A DNA stretch of 64,000 nt, from the NCBI GenBank assembly GCA_030264375.1, contig JASCQW010000148.1:12815648-12879647 (forward strand). Reading direction: 5' to 3'. This DNA is from Carcharhinus longimanus (lineage: Eukaryota). The notes under the pieces were generated by a model, which saw nothing but the letters and a program-made list of their open reading frames with translations, was not told the origin of the DNA and made no database searches. A program made the translations under genes and the position numbers. Below are positions 1 through 13,600 of the stretch, piece after piece (position 1 is the stretch's first letter; each line of letters starts with the position of its first letter).

Positions 1-75
1 GACAATGGGACGGCGGCGCGGGCTCGTTGGGCCGAAGGGCCTGTTTCCCGTGCTGTGTTGTTCTTTGTTCTTTGT
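1..75 (+). mobile_element. CR1-type LINE 3' end with short tandem tail
   Basis: gggccgaagggcctgtttcc..gtgctgt followed by (ttctttg)n; the same 3' motif recurs at about 10050-10110, 14360-14410 and 52030-52070. Confidence 0.7.
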
Positions 76-599
76 AGAACAAGCTTGAAAAAAACAAGAT
101 GGAAGGAATCTCAAGGTGTATGGCAGGAGTTCAGCATAACCATTTTGGGCCTATAAAAAGGGCACCCTATAACTGTCGTTCAGACCAAGGAGAGCATGGC
201 TCAGCTGAGTGCAGCACTTGTGGGTTTCTTGTAGAATGAATGAACTTGCAGTCAGGATAGGAGTGCAAGAGCTGGATATCCATAGTTCTTTTAAAGGCCA
301 CTGGAGTACAACTACCAGAAGGCTAACTGTGACTCCTAGGACTTGGAAAGATCAGCCACCTGGATGAGCGTTTGACTACAGACTTATGGAAAGCCAAGAG
401 GTGGCATTGCATAGCTACCTTGAATACGGAGGAAAGCAAATCAGTGAGAATTAACATTAATTATTTAATGCACAGAATCAAGGAGGAGTTGAGAATGCAG
501 GCTGCAAACAACACTATCTTTTTGGTTGTGTTGATACAAATGAAAAGAAGAGACTGTCACCACTTGGCAGAGCTCAAGGAAGATTTTTGCCCTGACCAA

Positions 600-1560
600 C
601 AAGAGCCAGCGGGGCCCAGGATGACCTGATGATGAGGTACCAAATCCACAGAGATGTTTGCTGTGACCAAGGACCTACAGAAGATACAGCTCATATATGG
701 AGATGAGCGAAAGACATTGCTGCTTCTCTGGGATATGTTTGCTTACATTTGCTACATTCTTCACATGAACTGGGAATCATCCAGTGCCACTCTTAATGTG
801 ACCACCGCAATCAATCTTTTTACCAATGGATTCTTCCAGGCTCCACTTGGAAACTCTGCGGAAATTGACAATTGATGACACATAAATGTATAAGGGAGGT
901 GATGGATGTCATTTTCAATAAAGCTCACCATTACATGCAGTTGAGCATGGACAAAGCAAGCCAGGCTGTCAGAGCTGTAGAAATCACTGTGATCTCAGGC
1001 TTTCTGCAAGTTCAGGGCACCGTTGACTGTACACACGTGGCCTTTAGAGCTCCCTGGCAGCAGCCTGTGAGAATCAATGAATTTCATTCTGTAAACTTTC
1101 AGATACTCTGTGACCACAGAACGCAGATCATGCATATTTGTGCCAGGTACCAAAGAGCTTTTGCGAGTCTTGTGTCTTGAATCACTTGCAGATGCCACAG
1201 ATCTTTGAGGGCCCGTGGCACACAGTGGGTTGGCTCCTTGGTGATAATGGGTACCAATTAAAGTTCTGGCTAATGACACCCGTTCATCGTCCACAGAGTG
1301 CATCTGAGGAGAGATACAATACTGCAGTACAGGGCAATCCACTGGCATTTACATTTCAGACAGGTTTCTGCAATATTCACCACAGAGGATCTTTGCTGTG
1401 CCCTACAAAACCTAATAATTCAAGGCAGAGGGCAAGGAGTGTTTTGCCACAGGGAGACACAGAGGAGCTGCATATCTTCATGGATGAGGAGAATATTGAA
1501 GGGGGTGAATCTAAAGAGGGTTACAAGATTCCAGGAGGGATACAGTGAAGACAAGTTGAT
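600..1560 (+). pseudogene. Decayed PIF/Harbinger DDE transposase (HARBI1-like), frameshifted
   Basis: Consecutive ORF fragments: ATLNVTTAINLFTNGFFQ; GFLQVQGTVDCTHV (first catalytic D); FHSVNFQILCDHRTQIMHICARY; GWLLGDNGY...LMTPVHRPQSASEERYN. These are the typical Harbinger transposase blocks, broken by frameshifts. Confidence 0.9.
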
Positions 1561-4477
1561 ATGAGCACAGGTCTCCTCATGCTTTGACGAAGGAGAGATA
1601 ATAAGACCTTCATTGTCACCTTCAACATCTCATGAAAGGTCATTATTCTCAAAATGATAATGGAAGAAGCATAAGTCGCCTTCAACTCTAACAATGGGAT
1701 CGTCCTTGGAACGTATAGTAACCTAGTGAGCATGTGGCTGCTGTGTAGTAGAGTAAGTCCTTCACTAGCTCTCATGTTTAAGCAACTACATATAAGTGTA
1801 GTCCCTTTTGGCCATCGCAGCCTTCAAAAGGCAAAAATGCTACTGCACACTGCAATACACATGCAAGTGTGACAGGAGCTTAGCAAGGCGGCCCTGAGAG
1901 GAAAAACATCCATTAGCAGTTAGCACTTGACCATCTGAAGATGGACCTACATCCAGACAGCATCATCTCTTCAAATACCAGCTCTCAAGTGCAATTAATG
2001 CAGATGCCACATCTTGATACTGAGCCCAGGATACTATCAAACATGCAATGATCTGTCATATGACAGCATGGACGCAAATCTGTGAATTGTGGTAGCATTG
2101 TATTCACAGAATGGTTTAATAGGACTATGGTGTGATTATTGACAAACACTCATTACCCTACATTCATCAAAAGTTTACATACTGTATTCCTTGGCACCTG
2201 TTAGAGACATGGCCCAGTCAGTTTTGACATAGAAGTCAATGATAATCTAGTCTCTTCATAAGTACTGATGAGTACTCAGAGATGTGTCAGAATATCACAT
2301 TACAGCCCTTGACATTGTCCATCTAACACAAGTCAATATTTGCCATGAACCTGAAGACACTGATTGCATAGTCACCTAATGAAATCCATATCGATCAGTG
2401 CTGTGTGACCTCAGAATGGGATTCCGTCAAGCAACACTAGACAGCTGTTCAACAATAAAGTAAGTTCCTTACAGGTAATTGGACAGCTTCGTTAGGATGA
2501 ACACACACTTCTGACATCACGCACTCATACCTGTCTAGCAGACATTTCAAATGTCACCGAGTGGAACCAACTTCCATCATTCAGCATCATGCATGGGGTG
2601 AGTGAGAACGCAAAAGGACTAATATTCAGCCTTGAAAGTGGAGACAAAATAATACCGCTGGGAGGCACAAAAAGTTGTGGCACTTGACAATGCATAAATA
2701 CCAAAACCTCACAGTCATAAAAGAAAGACCATGTCAAAGTGCACTTGGGTACAAAGATCCCAACTTGGGCCACAATAAATAATTATAATATCCACAAAGG
2801 ACAGACTTACTGTGCAGTAGCATCAGGAAAATCACTAATTATTAACATTGGAGGCTAATGTGAGCCTCAGGTGCCAGGCTTACATGTGCATTGCCCAGCC
2901 ATCATGTTTATATATCTTCATGTTGCTGAAATGGAACTAAAAACACTTGATTGTGATAAGATTAAGAGAGACTTCATGGAGCTGAGAGACAATATGGGAA
3001 ATAATCGGTGGAGATATCATTTGATACCCGTGAATGAACACAGGATCTTGCATCTCATCAATGAGCCATTGAATACCTGAGACTTTCAGAGGAATAAAAA
3101 CAGAATGTATTTACAATAGTGCACATTTTATACAGTGAATGAACACCTATACCATCATTGTACATTCAAAATTCATCAAGTTTCCTTAGGTCTAGGTGTA
3201 ACCCTGACATCTGCAACAGAAGTGGAACCAGTCTGTTGACTGTTATGACCTGTTGTCTGAGATGACTTTGGTGTGTCTTCTCTAGAGACCTGAGGCCTGG
3301 AGAGTCCAGGCTTCCTCCCTTTGGGTGCCTGTGTGCCCCTCTCTGACTGCTTGAGTAGAAGGGGTACTTGGAGAGAGGATGAGGTGCTTGTCTTCTCTTG
3401 CTGTGTCACTACTCAAACACACCCATGACTGGAGCATTGAGCTATAGGTCTGAGTGTACATCTGGAAGAAACTGTGCATTCTTTTGGACCAGGGACTCCA
3501 AGATGGCTGCCACCCTTCTCACTGAGAATTCAGTGCACTTGCATGCTGGAGCTACAACATCAGCAATAACATGGATGGACTCCTCCATTCTCTGTCCAAG
3601 TCTGTTGACAGCTTCTGACAACTCTGAGGTTCCCCTGCCTGTCTTTGCATCACCAATGTTTTTCTTAGGGCCAATTACAGAGGTTCATCATCAGTTTCAG
3701 ACTCTACAGGGGCCTGATGTCTCCAGTAGTCCTCTGAGTCCAAAGAGAGCTCAGCTGTCACTGCCTCCATCTGCTGTGAGTATCAGATTGGGAACCTGAG
3801 CTTCCTCTAGAACTATATCCCACCTAGGTGTATGTATCTTTGCAGATGGACAGCCCAGATGAAGACAGTGATAGTTCTTTATCAGGTGGGAAGTCTGCTT
3901 CCTCATCTTAGCCAACTTGGGAGCTGGGGCTGAGTCATCTGGAAGACGTCACTCACTTTTTCTTCCTGGTGGCTGCAATAATTTATGATTGGCTAAGCAG
4001 GTTTCTCAGTCAGTGTGTGCATGTGGCCAATGTATACTGGATGGACACTCACTGCCTTCTTTGGGGAGGCCAGTCTTACCTTCCAGACAGCAACAATTCT
4101 TCTCCTCTCCAGCCAGCTCTGTGGTCTGTTCCTTGTGTAGGGAAGGTGGCTTCAAGTCTGGAGTCCCCCTACATTTTTCGATCTCTCCCTCCAATTTGGG
4201 AGAGCTTTCCTGGATGAAGACAGCTGGATTGACCCTGAGCACTATAAATGAAAGAGTCATGCTTGCTCTGTGCGCCTAGTTATCCCCAGCCAGGGATGAA
4301 GATGCAGGTTCTAACATAAGATGGGGATTTTATAATGGCTGGCAGACATTAAATGCTGATGTCCCATTTGCTGGTTGTATGTGACATGCCTGTAGACTCT
4401 AACCCTTAGACTGCCTGATGCCCTTATGAAAGTGAGTTTGGAGTGAGGGGAGGCTCACTTCCCCTGGGGAAGTAGAT

Positions 4478-4672
4478 CAGGTCATTCATCCTTTTCCGGC
4501 AGTCCAGGGCAGTTCTTTTTTGGTGGCCACAGTGCTACGTTCCCTGGTGACCTCATAGCATAGTCAGGTAGGGTGACCTCCAGCTCACATCCTTTGGGAA
4601 GAGGACCTCCTGCCTTTCCTGTACAACCAGGAGGAGAATTGCCGGGAAGGCCTCACTGAAGCATGGAGTAGA
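4478..4672 (-). pseudogene. Decayed Myb/SANT-like DNA-binding ORF of the Harbinger element (N-terminal domain)
   Basis: Manual minus-strand translation: TPCFSEAFPAILLLVVQERQEVLFPKD...EVTRERSTVATKK/RTALDCRKRMNDL, resembling the Myb/SANT trihelix pattern F-S..L...V......LF...W..VA...RT...C.K..NDL; convergent with the transposase. Confidence 0.8.
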
Positions 4673-5809
4673 GGGTTTCATTCATTTGGTCGTAATGTAT
4701 AACTTCAGCACACGCCTGGCAGTCAGTGCATGTGCATCTGGATCCCATATAAGTATGGCACCAGGACTTCAACCGCATGAGATAATAATAGTTCAGACAA
4801 GTCACTAGCTGTTCCACCACAACATTTGAAGAGCTCCTCACTGATGCTCAGTTAATGAGCTGAAAAGCAGAAGATCTGGTGCAAAAATTCACCCCATCCC
4901 ACTGCAGAAATAAAATCGACCTTCCTGCCCACCACCACGTTTTGTCCCCAAAACGGAAAATTCTCCCTTAATTCAATTTGCAATCCTAAATTTGTTGTTA
5001 TTGCAACGCTGAGCACACTTAGGTCAGCAAATGCTGCCCAAGTGCAGAATCACACCTAACATTTGACATTATGTTCCCAGCAGAATGGGCTGGTTGAGTA
5101 ACTTCAATACTCTGCCTATTGCAAACAGTTGAAGAGACATGCTGTTTTATATGATCTACCAGTCATTGGGACATATAGCCTACGTGCTTGGTATTGTACT
5201 GCCACTGAAATTCATATACGGTGTTACTTATTTGTGTGGTAGACAGAACATTGTTTTGGCTTGATCCTGTTAATGGAAAACACCACTAGTATTGCCACTG
5301 CACAATAGCAGCATGAACCAGCTGGCTTCACCTGTTGCTCATACAAAAGCATAGGGCGCAATAACTCTCTGCTGCATTCACCATGGCAATGTCTCAACCA
5401 ATCAGAACTGACTTGCCAACCAATCAGCACTACTTTTCTCATGCAATATAAATTGTTGCTTCCTTTGAAATTTGGCATTCTTACATCTATCCACTCATAT
5501 TGTTGACTCCCTACTGGAGAATGACACAGTTACTCTCTGTTTCTTCACTCAAGTAGCCATCATGTCAGTGGTGTCAAACTTTTTTAGTATCTTTGGAGCT
5601 GCACTCATGTGGGCTAGGAGTATCACATCACACTCCTGACTTGAAGCTTGCAGGATAGGCTTTAAGAAGTCAGGAAATGAGTTAGTCACTGCAGAATTCC
5701 CAGCGTCTGATCTGCACTTATAGCCACAGTATTTATATGGATAGTCCAGTTCAGTTTCTGGTCAGTGATAAGTCCAAGGATTTTGATAGAGGGACATTCA
5801 GCGGTGGTA

Positions 5810-6010
5810 ATTTTCTCCAGGTGCTCTGGTTTCCTCCCACAGTCCAAAGATGTGTGGATTAGATGGATTGGCCGTGCTAAATTGTCCCTTAATTTCAGGG
5901 GGACTAGGTAGGATAAATGCACGGGGATAGACCTGGATGGGATTGTGGTCAGTGCAGACTCAATGGGCAAAGAATGGCCTCCTTCTGCACTGTAGGATTC
6001 TATGATTCTA
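5810..6010 (+). mobile_element. 5'-truncated HE1-like (V-SINE) element
   Basis: ctccaggtgctctggtttcctcccacagtccaaagatgtg core and a gattctatgattcta tail; matches other copies in the window. Confidence 0.8.
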
Positions 6011-6052
6011 TGTAATGCCATTGAATGTCAAGGGGAAGTGGTTAGGTTCTCT

Positions 6053-6925
6053 AACCAAAAGAGAAAATGCTGGAAAATCTCAGCAGGTCTGGCAGCATCT
6101 GTAAGGAGAGAAAAGAGCTAACACTTCAAGTCCTTTGTCAAAGCTAAAAGGCATAGAAAGTGGGAGATATTTATACTGCAGGATGAGGAAATGAAAGATG
6201 AGTCATAGTCACAGAAACCAGGGGAAAAGGCTACCAATGGCAGTCCACAAAGAGAATAAAGGGTGTGAATGGCCGAACAGCAGAAAAGCTGTAAGCTGTG
6301 ACAGATGAAGATATTGGGGGTGGGGAGATGGGGGGAGAGTTGGNNNNNNNNNNNNNNNNNNNNNNNNNNNNNNNNNNNNNNNNNNNNNNNNNNNNNNNNN
6401 NNNNNNNNNNNNNNNNNNNNNNNNNNNNNNNNNNNNNNNNNNNNNNNNNNNNNNNNNNNNNNNNNNNNNNNNNNNNNNNNNNNNNNNNNNNNNNNNNNNN
6501 NNNNGTGGGGTAGAGCAAATCATCTGAAGTCGCTCAATTCGATGTTGAGACCCGGAAAGCTGCAAAGTGCCTAGCCGGAAGATGAGATGCTGTTCCTCCA
6601 GTTTGCGTAAAGCTTCACTGGAACATTGCAGCAAGCCAAGGACAGACATGTAGGCATGGGAGCAGGTTCGTGTGTTAAAATGGCAAGCAACCGGAAGGTC
6701 AGGGTCCTGATTGCACATAGAAGGAAGGTGCTCAGCAAAGCAATCACCCAGTCTATGCTTGGTCTCTCCAATATAGAGGAGACCACATTGAGAGCAACAA
6801 ATGCAATACACCAAATTGAAAGAGTTGCAAGCAAAACGCTGCTTAACCTGAAATCAATGTTTTGGACCTTGGATGGTAAGCATTGAAGAGGCAAAGGGAC
6901 AGGTATTACACTTTCTGCAATTTTC
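6053..6925 (-). mobile_element. Penelope-like retroelement 3' fragment with GIY-YIG endonuclease
   Basis: ORF 6209-6814: VYCICCSQCGLLYIGETKHRLGDCFAEHL...PVACHFN...RKLEEQHLIFRLGTLQ; contains an assembly gap. Confidence 0.92.
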
Positions 6926-9499
6926 TCTCTTGTTGGAATCTCTCATTGGAAATTCATTGCCCAGCACTTGTGTGATGTGAATGTTACTAAGCACTTATCA
7001 GCCCAAGCTTGAATGTTTTTCGGGTCTCATTGCACTTGGGCACGGACCTGTGTATTTGAGGCATTGCGAATTATGCTGAACTTTGTGCACTCATCAGTGA
7101 GCCTCCCCACTTCTGGTCATTGATGAAGCAGCTGAAGATGCTTGAGTCCAGGACACTTCCTTGAGGAACTCCTGCAGCGATGTCCCGGATTGACCTGATT
7201 GACCTCCAACAATCACAGCCATCTTGCTTTATACTATCTTCCTGTCTATGTCATTCAGTATAGGTATTGTGTAAATGTACGGAGCCTTTGGGATTATAAT
7301 CCATTTTTTCCCAAATTCTGATTTGGGAATAATTCAGAAAGCTTTCATTGTAAAAGTGAAATTATAAAGAAATATTTGTGATACTGATGAACAATATATC
7401 ATTGTTCTGTCCTGTTTGGATAATGACACTTTGTGAACTGCTAAAAATAAAAAAGATACTGACTAATGGCACTTATGCTTGCGATTTTCTCTGAGTGGCA
7501 AGTCCTCATGTTACCTATTTATAATGACAGCTAGTTGATGGGTACCTGTTATACTTAATATGATCTGGACGATGCCAAGCAGACACTGTCACAGTATTTA
7601 GAGCCTGGACTGTTCTGACTGGTTACATTGTACGAGGTTCTCAAATTTCTCACAATGAATCCTTCTAATCCAAAAACAAAATAATAGGTTGAAAAGTAGT
7701 AATAATAGGATATTAAAAATAGGTTCAGACTATGACAAGTTACTTATTATTAATTTTTCATGGATAATATTCTATTTGATACATTTTGCCTTTGACCCTC
7801 ATAAAAAAGGACATTTTTATTCCATCCTTTTTTTCAGGATCAGACACAGATTTATTCTCTCCCTGATGCCTGCAGTGTTCAGATCTGGGAGGGTCAGGGA
7901 GGTGGGAAGAGTACAATAATAGATAAGATAGGGGCTCCCCTGGGACTTGTCCACCGCACACTCTATCCATCAGCCGCCTCTTTCTCTTACCAAGGTCAAC
8001 ACTAATGAGGATGAGCCAGGGTCTCAGCCCCACGGGATCCTCCAATCAGCTCCCAGCAACATTCACACGCTTGCACTTACAAGGAACCGCTTGCATACGA
8101 CAGAGATTGTGACAGAAAACAGCAGCCAAATCACGTACTTAAGAAATGGCAGTGTTTCTCCACACAACTGCACAAGTTCACACTGGTGAGTTTAAAAGAG
8201 GGAAAAAATATGACAATTCTGCCTAATACCATTGAATACCTAATTATGTCAGAACCTTGCTTTCAAATGGCCATTGATAGACTCATCAGTAATGCACTAC
8301 CATCAATTCCACTTCACTGAGATCTTGTGTGAAGTTTATCATATCTTTGAGAGACAAAATGTCACACAAACAAGCTGCAGCCTTACATTGGTCATTCTCT
8401 GTTGTACTAACAGCAAATGCAAAAAGCTAGAAGTAAATTTGCTCAGATATGGAATTATCATAACTGAAGCACTGTAGATTGGCAGGTAAGGTGTACAGAA
8501 AACTGGCTGTGGATTGCACTTGCTAGAGGAAATGCATTCCAGCCTTTTTGCCCAATATTGAGCGTTTAATAACTCCCACGGATAGTATTTTATTTTAATA
8601 ATCAGAAATATTTCAAACAAATGTTGCTGCTCTTAAAAAAATTACATTAAAGAAGATGTGTTGGAGGAAACTTAACAGTGTAGCAGTTTGAGCTACCATG
8701 AATAATAGCAGCTTTTTTGATTTCTGATTTGAAACATGATAACCACTTGAATAACAAAAGTAAGTGGTAGTACAAGGGGGAGAAATAATGACAGTGCCAA
8801 GAACTGATGCAATATATCCAAAGCTGTGCCAGGTAATTACAAACTTGCAGCAAACCGACTGTCCATTTATACCACACCACAAATTATGCCTTTCTTAATG
8901 GGCATCATTGGAAAAATTACCTTAAAGGACATGATATTCATGAAAGTTTTGGAAGGACAATATCAGCTTCCTGCATGTATGCAGGTGGCACCTAGCGTGA
9001 CCTCATTGCCTCTTCCATTGATGCAAAGTTTGTTACCACTTTCTTAAAATGCCTGCCTAATTTCAAGATTTTAAGCAAAACTCCTCAAGTTGAATATTGG
9101 CAAGACCATGGCTCATCTTTTTGCCTCCCGTCCCTTTTGACTTCAATTCAGTCAATCTCCAAACTGCCTTCTCAAGCAGAGCTTAAAGCCTTCGCATAAT
9201 GCACAACTCAGAGCTCAGCAATTCCTACATGATCAAAATTGCCAACTTTCAGCACTGCAATACTTTCCAACTCTGCCTTCTGGTGGCAGAACTCCATCCA
9301 CACTTTCAATATCTCACAACTTTACACATCTTCAATATCCTGCTATGTGGTCTCTAAGCACAGTTCCTTGAGCCCTTACTGCCATTCAGTGATATCATAG
9401 CTAATCAGTGACCTAAGCCCATATACCTGGCTTTGCCCCATATCTCTTGTTAGATTTGCTTAACAAAAATCTATCAGTCTGAGATTTAATTTTATCTGT

Positions 9500-9745
9500 T
9501 CGTAACTTTGGTGTCATGTTTTATCTGAGATGAGCTTCCAACCTCATATTCATGTCACCTCGAAGACCACCTTTTCACACCTTTGTAAAATTGAGTAAAT
9601 TCATCTATCTCAGCTGACTTGTTGCTGAAAACTTCATCCATGCCTTTGCACCTATAGATTTGACTATTCCAAGACTGACTGGTCTCTCATGTTCTACTCT
9701 ATGTAAACTTGAGGCCACCAGAAATTCTGCTACCCATATTTTAAG
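9500..9745 (+). mobile_element. Old L2-type LINE fragment
   Basis: tgctgaaaacttcatccatgcctttgcacctatagatttgactattccaa encodes the decayed 'LIHAFV.SRLDY.N' motif of L2/CR1-group ORF2. Confidence 0.6.
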
Positions 9746-10021
9746 CTAATTTCCTAACCAGTTCAATAATTTGCCATCAAATCCATCAGCTTCAACTTTA
9801 GCGAACAGTCTCTTATAATGGACTTACTCAAATGCTTCTGAAAGTGCAAATAAATAACATCCATTGGCATTCTCCTGTCCATTATTTTAATTATTTCTTC
9901 AAAAATTTGAATCAGTTTTGTCAATCATAGCCTGCCCATTACAAATCTAGGTTAGCTCTTTCTGATCTTCTGAAATTTTAAAGTGTTCACTCAGTCCATC
10001 CTTAACTATGGACTCTTAATA

Positions 10022-10365
10022 ATTTCCTTATAGTATATGATATAGAACATAGAACATAGAACATAGAACATTACAGCGCAGAACAGGCCCTTCGGCCCAC
10101 GATGTTGCGCCGNNNNNNNNNNNNNNNNNNNNNNNNNNNNNNNNNNNNNNNNNNNNNNNNNNNNNNNNNNNNNNNNNNNNNNNNNNNNNNNNNNNNNNNN
10201 NNNNNNNNNNNNCTTTTAGCCCTTCTCAACTCACTCTTCAACTCCCTCCTAGCCAATCTAAAGCTTTCTAGTGCACTATCTGAGCCCTCTAATCTCATCC
10301 GAACATAAGCCTCCTTTTTCTTTTTAACCATCGACTCAACTCTTTTAGTGCACCACGGTTCCCTA
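10022..10365 (-). mobile_element. Young CR1 LINE fragment with (agaacat)n tail, gap-containing
   Basis: (agaacat) tandem tail at 10024-10051; peptide VKKKKEAYVRMRLEGSDSALESFRLARRELKSELRRAK. Confidence 0.8.
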
Positions 10366-10689
10366 GGTTAATCAGTCTATTATTCCATGCTTTCTCTCTC
10401 TTGCCTTTCTTTACTAGCAAAGTAGTGTCAAATTTTCCAGTCCAAGGGAATGATTCCTGAATTGAAAGATCCTGGTTAGTATATCTACAATGTTCTTAGA
10501 TGCTTCCTTGAGAACATTGGGATGAAAACCATCTGGTTCTGAGGACTTATCACTCTTTCGTGCCATTATTTTCTTAATTGCTGTTAATTCATTTACATTA
10601 TCAATGGACTGGTCATGTGGGAAGATCCTAGCCTGTCAGATGATAACATCACCCCCCCATCCGAGGTGTCAGTTGACTGAACCTGTTCT

Positions 10690-13600
10690 ACTTCTATATT
10701 CCATTCCTTTGCAACAAATGACAACATTTATTTTGCCTTCCTAATCACTTGCTGTACGTGCATACTAACTTTTCCTGATTCATGTACCAGGACACCCAGA
10801 TCTTTCTGTATCTCAGAATTCTGCAATCTTTCCCAATTTAAATAATATACATTTCTATTCATCCTGCAAAGTGGACAAGTTTGCATTTTCCTCCATTATA
10901 CTCCATCTGTCAAAGTTTAGTGTACGCACTTAATCTATCTATGACCCATTTTAGACTGTTTATGTCCTCTTCACATCTTACTTTCCTTCCTATCATCGAC
11001 AAATTTATCAACCATACATTTGGACCCTTCATCCACATCCACAGATTGTAAATAGTTGAGGCGCCAGCACTGATCCCTGTGGCACTCTCATTTGTCACGT
11101 ATTGCCAACCTGAAAATGACCCATTTATTCCTACTGTCTGCTTTCTGCTAGCTAACTAATATGTTACCTCTTACACCATGAGCTTTTATTTTCCACAGTA
11201 ATATCTGATATGGTACCTGGTCATATGCCTTCTGAAATTCTAAGTACAACACATCGACAGGTTCCCCTTCATCTATGTTGCTTGTTACTTCCTCAGAAAA
11301 ATTCCAAAAATTAGTCAAACATGATTTCCCATTCACAAAACAACACTGACTCTGTTTGATTGCATTGAGATTTGCTGTGTGGCTTGCTGTAAGTTCTTAA
11401 TAATAGCTTACAACAATTTCCCTATGACAGGTGTTAAGCTAACTGGCCTGTAGTTTCCTGCCTTTATAGATTCATAGATTATTACAGCACAGAAGGAGGC
11501 CATTTGGCCTATTATGTCATGCCAGTCAACAAAGATCTGACTACACTAATCCCATTTTCCAATGCTTGGCCCATAATCCTAGAGGTTATGTCAACACAAG
11601 TGAATATCTAAACATTTCTTAAATGTTACAAGTTTCTGACTCAACCATCCTTGCAGGCAGTGAGTTCCAAACTCCCACCACCTGCTGAGTGAAAACCTCA
11701 GCTCCTCTCTTAGCCTTCAATCCTGGTTATAGATCCCTCAACTAATGGAAAAGGTTCCTTCCTATTCGCCCTTCTTCTCACCCTCACAATCATATGCACT
11801 TCTCTCAGGTTCCCTCTCAACCTTCACTGCTCCAAAGAAAACAGCCCCAGTCTACTCAATTATCAGACCCTCCAACCCAGTTAGGATCCTAGTAAATCTC
11901 ATCTGGTGTAATACTTCCTTCCTTTAATGCGGTGGCCAGAACAGCATGCAGTCCTCCAGTTTTGGCCTAACCAGCGTTTTGTAAATTCCAGCATGTCCTC
12001 TCTGTTCTTGTATTCAGTGCCACAGCTGATAAAGGCAAATATCTCATTTGCTTTCTTAACTTTCTTATCTGTCTGCCGTGCCACCTTCAGGGATGTGTGG
12101 ATATGCACAGCAGGGTCCCTCTGACCTTCAGTATTTTCTAGGGTTCTACCATTCATTGTATCATCCTTTGCCTTGTTAGCCCTTCCCAAGTGCATTACAT
12201 CACACTTTTCTGGGTTGAATTCCATTTTCCACTGCTCCTCCCACCTGACCAGTCCATGGATATCCTCCTGCAGTCTATGACTATCCTCCTCACTGTTTAC
12301 TACCCTACCAATTTTTGTGTCATCCATAAAATTTTTTATCATACCCCCTACATTTAAGTCTAAATTATTAGTGTATATCACAAATAGCAATGGCCCCAGC
12401 ATCGAGCCCTGCAGCACCCCACTAGAAGCAGACTTCTAGTCACAGAAGCATCCCTCTGCTTCCTGCCTCTCATCAATGTGTGACTTTGGATCCCATGGGC
12501 CCTTACTTTCTTATTCAGTCTGCCATGAGGGACTTTTTCAAAAGCCTTGCTAAAGTCCATATAGAACACATCAAATGCATTACCCTCATCAACACTTTCT
12601 TCAAAAAATATATTAGATTTGTCAAACGCAACCTTCCCTTAAGAAAGCCATGCTCACTATCCCTGGTAAATCCATATCCATCCAAGTGTAAAAATATTCT
12701 GTCCATCAGAATTCTTTCTAGTAACTTCCCCACCACCGAGGTTAGGCAAATTGGCCTATATATTTTTATCCATCTCTATATCCCATTTTTAATAATGAGG
12801 CAATGTTAGCAATCATCCAGTCCCCTGGTATCTTACGTATAGCCAGAGAGGATTGAAAATTACTGCCAGTGCCTCTGATATCATCTCCCTTAACAATCTG
12901 GGATACACCTATTCCGGGCCTGCAAATGTATCCACTTTAAAGGCTGCAAACCTGCTGGTACCTCCTCTCTTTCTATGTTAATTTCCTCTAACATTTCACA
13001 GTCCTCCACCCTAATGTTTACACCTATGTCATCCTTTTCCATTGTGAAGAGTGGCACAAAGTATTAATTGAGCACAGTACCCATGTCATCAGGATCCACA
13101 CACACATTACCTGCCTGTATGCTTCCTGATTGGCTTTACTCTTTCCCAAGTTATCTTGCTCTTACATATATATTTTGTAAAAGTCTTCTTCATTTCTTGA
13201 ATAGAGGAGTCACATTCACTACTTTCCAATCTGATGGGACCATTCCAGAATTTAGGGAATTTTGGAAAATTTGCTATCTCTGCGGCCACTTCGTTTCAGA
13301 CCCTAGGATAAAGTGCATCAGGACTTGTCAGAGTTTAGTTCTCATCATTTTCTCAATACCCTTTTCCTATGATTGTAATTGTTTCAAGCTCTTCCCTCCC
13401 TTTCACCTCCTGATTCACAATTATTTCTGGGATGTTATTTGTATCCTGTACAGTGACGACAGATGCAAAATATCTGTTCAATCCATCTGTCATTTCCTTA
13501 TTTTCCATTATTAATTCCCTATTCTGTCTCTCTGGAGGATCAATGCTCATGTTACTTACTCTTTCCCCTTTTAAATACTTATAAACTCAGAACTCTTACA

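Larger units (their letters stand above)
100..4967 (+). mobile_element. Decayed autonomous-type Harbinger DNA transposon (transposase + Myb ORF)
   Basis: Two convergent Harbinger ORFs; right end ggaaaattctccc (4955-4967) is TIR-like and followed by tta; left end not resolved. Confidence 0.75.
5530..7230 (-). mobile_element. LINE reverse-transcriptase C-terminal fragment interrupted by a SINE and a Penelope insertion
   Basis: Minus-strand peptide ECPSIKILGLITDQKLNWTIHINTVAISADQTLGIL (post-RT LG..D..L.W..HI motif); LINE-like sequence resumes after about 6925. Confidence 0.7.

Noticed and set aside
600-1560. Domesticated HARBI1 host gene
   Set aside because: Multiple frameshifts and a degenerate catalytic motif; transposon context with a Myb partner and TIR-like end.
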